Positions 62,060 through 64,000 of a stretch of DNA of 64,000 bases are shown here, one piece after another; the stretch's first letter is position 1, and every line of letters starts with the position of its first letter. Location: contig CAVYGB010000010.1 of NCBI GenBank assembly GCA_963767925.1, positions 224,001 through 288,000 of the forward strand. The letters are read 5' to 3'. Under the pieces are notes generated by a model, which worked only from the letters and a program-made list of their open reading frames with translations, ran no database searches and was not told where the DNA came from. The position numbers were made by a program, and so were the translations under genes. The DNA comes from an uncultured delta proteobacterium. GTDB lineage: Bacteria > Myxococcota_A > Polyangia > Fen-1088.

Positions 62060-62911
62060 ATGTACACGGTGCGGGAAGTGGCAACCGTGCTCGGCGTTCG
62101 ACCGAGCCGACTGCGGGCTTACCTGCGCTCGGGCCTCGTCGCTCCCCGCCGGGGAGAACGGGGTGAGCTGCGCTTCTCCTTCCATGATCTGGTGCTGTTG
62201 CGCCGGGCGGAGGGGCTGGTCGAGAACCGCATCCCGCCCCGCCGGGTGCACGACGCCTTGAGGCGACTGCGCGAGAGCCTGGGCGAACATGCCCCCTTGC
62301 TGCACGTGCAGCTCTCGGCCGAGGGGCGTTCGGTCGTCGTGTCGGACGGCCAGCAGCGCTGGGAGCCGGCCTCCGGACAGGTGGTGTTCGACTTCCAGCT
62401 CGCGCGCGCCGACACCGGGGCGCTGCACGAGCTGCCCCGCAAGGCCAGCCCGGCCGCCGGAGCCGATCCGGGCGAGCCTGCCGCGCGCGCCTTCACCGCC
62501 GACGAGCACTACGAACGGGGCTACGCGGCAGAGGAGGCGGCGGACGCCAAGACGGCGATGGCGGAATACCGCCGGGCCATCGCCCTCGAGCCCCGCCTCT
62601 CGGATGCCCAGGTCAACCTGGGTCGGCTGCTACACGAGTCCGGGCAGCCGAACGAGGCGCTGGCCCACTACCGGGCGGCGCTCGCGGTGCGCCGAGACGA
62701 CCCCATCGCCGCCTTCAACCTCGGCGTGGCCCTCGAGGACCTCGGCCGCCGGACCGACGCCATCGAGGCCTACTGCCGGGCCATCGCCATCTCGCCGGAG
62801 AGCGCGGACGCCCACTACAACGTCGCGCGTTTGTACGAGCAGGGTGGCGAATCGGAGTCTGCAATCCGCCACCTGCTCATCTATAGAAAGCTCACCCGCA
62901 AGCGGAAGTGA
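62060..62911 (+). CDS. MerR-like HTH protein with C-terminal TPRs
   Basis: 'YTVREVATVLGV..LRAY..GLV..FSFHDL'; about four TPRs (NLGRLL, FNLGVAL, HYNVARLY). Confidence 0.85.
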   Translation: MYTVREVATVLGVRPSRLRAYLRSGLVAPRRGERGELRFSFHDLVLLRRAEGLVENRIPPRRVHDALRRLRESLGEHAPLLHVQLSAEGRSVVVSDGQQRWEPASGQVVFDFQLARADTGALHELPRKASPAAGADPGEPAARAFTADEHYERGYAAEEAADAKTAMAEYRRAIALEPRLSDAQVNLGRLLHESGQPNEALAHYRAALAVRRDDPIAAFNLGVALEDLGRRTDAIEAYCRAIAISPESADAHYNVARLYEQGGESESAIRHLLIYRKLTRKRK

Positions 62912-62914
62912 GCC

Positions 62915-63337
62915 TCAGGCCAGCTTGGCCTCCAGGGTGATGGTCGTGTTGAGGAGGCGGGAGATGGGGCAGCCCCGCTTGGCGGCCTCGGCGGCCTTGA
63001 CGAAGTCCTCGCTGCTGGCGCCGGGGACGGTGCCGGTCACCTCGAGGTGGATGCGGGTGGTGGTAAAGCCGATGTCGAGCTTCTCCATGGTCAAGGCGGC
63101 CTTGGTCTCGATGCTGGCTGGCTTGAAGTTGCCCTTGCCGAGCTCGGCCGAGAGGGCCATCGAGTAACAGGCGGCGTGGGCGGCGGCGACGAGCTCTTCC
63201 GGGTTGGTGCCGGCGTCGTTCTCGAAGCGCTGGGCGAAGTTGTAGGCCACGGTCTTGAGGACGGCGGACTCGGTGGACACGGTCCCCTGACCGTCCTTGA
63301 GGCCACCTTTCCAGATGGCGCTGGCTTTGCGGACCAT
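62915..63337 (-). CDS. osmC: OsmC family peroxiredoxin
   Basis: GTNPEELVAAAHAACYSMAL, AKRGCPIS. Confidence 0.94.
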   Translation of the reverse strand: MVRKASAIWKGGLKDGQGTVSTESAVLKTVAYNFAQRFENDAGTNPEELVAAAHAACYSMALSAELGKGNFKPASIETKAALTMEKLDIGFTTTRIHLEVTGTVPGASSEDFVKAAEAAKRGCPISRLLNTTITLEAKLA

Positions 63338-63397
63338 GATCTTTTCTCCTTGTGGTGATGCAGTCGTGAACGTTAAAGGCAGGGCACAATAACACGC

Positions 63398-63877
63398 GTG
63401 CAAGGACCACGAACGCTCCGGCTGGCGAGCCCATCAGCCGAGGAGACGCAGCAGCTCGGCGAGCGGCTGGGGCGCGCGCTGAGCGCGGGCGACGTGGTGG
63501 CGCTCGTCGGCCCGCTCGGCAGCGGCAAGACGACCTTCGCCCAGGGGCTGGCCCGCGGGCTGGAGGTCTCCCCCGATCGCCACGTCGCCAGCCCCACCTT
63601 CGCCCTCGTCAATGAGCACCCGGGGCGGGTTCCCTTCGTGCACGCCGACTTTTACCGGATCGACCACCCCCGTGAGCTGGGGGAGCTGGGGCTCGATGAC
63701 GCCTACGACCGGGGGGCCTGCGCGCTCGAGTGGGCCGACCGGTTCCCCGGGGTGCTCCCGGATGACGCGTTGCACATCACGTTTTCTGTCGACGCTGCCG
63801 GCGCGCGGCACCTGTCCTGCGAGGCCGGAGGTCCGCGATCTTCCAGGCTGCTCGCGGCCCTGGCACCCGGCGTCTGA
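63398..63877 (+). CDS. tsaE: tRNA threonylcarbamoyladenosine biosynthesis ATPase
   Basis: GPLGSGKTT, SPTF, HADFYRI, LEWA. Confidence 0.95.
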   Translation: MQGPRTLRLASPSAEETQQLGERLGRALSAGDVVALVGPLGSGKTTFAQGLARGLEVSPDRHVASPTFALVNEHPGRVPFVHADFYRIDHPRELGELGLDDAYDRGACALEWADRFPGVLPDDALHITFSVDAAGARHLSCEAGGPRSSRLLAALAPGV

Positions 63878-64000
63878 CGCCCACTTGACGCGACCCGTCC
63901 AGCGAGACGGGCTTTGCCGCGGCTCCTCCGGGATAATTTAGTAACCTTCTTCCCCCGGTAAGCCCAACCCCACCCATGAGATACGAGCAGTACGCAGACA

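Noticed and set aside
63976..64000. Possible CDS start (MRYEQYAD) at the window edge
   Set aside because: Only eight codons are visible, too few to support a call.

Overview
Very GC-rich, gene-dense chromosomal window with a myxobacterial (Myxococcota-like) signature: Ser/Thr kinases, Cys-rich and Gly/Pro-linker lipoproteins, an Oar-type TonB receptor and sigma54-like promoters. Housekeeping genes include tig-clpP-clpX-(orf)-lon, msrB, an RhlE-like helicase, apaG, tsaE, osmC, ku and tRNA-Leu(TAG). I see no integrase, transposase, prophage or CRISPR array. Five genes carry small frameshifts, most simply explained as long-read errors. The strongest candidates for something undescribed are: (1) a di-heme peroxidase / porin / cupredoxin-like protein / membrane Ser/Thr kinase cluster followed by a small cytochrome c; (2) a protein of eight tandem Cys4 zinc-ribbon units, divergent from tig; (3) a translationally coupled operon of two beta-propeller-like lipoproteins and a beta-barrel behind a sigma54-like promoter; (4) a pseudokinase-TPR operon; (5) a Lon whose conserved long-helix motif is replaced by a Gly/Pro segment of equal length; (6) recurrent -10 boxes 6-9 nt before start codons, suggesting leaderless mRNAs. 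All calls come from motif recognition by eye; no database searches were run.
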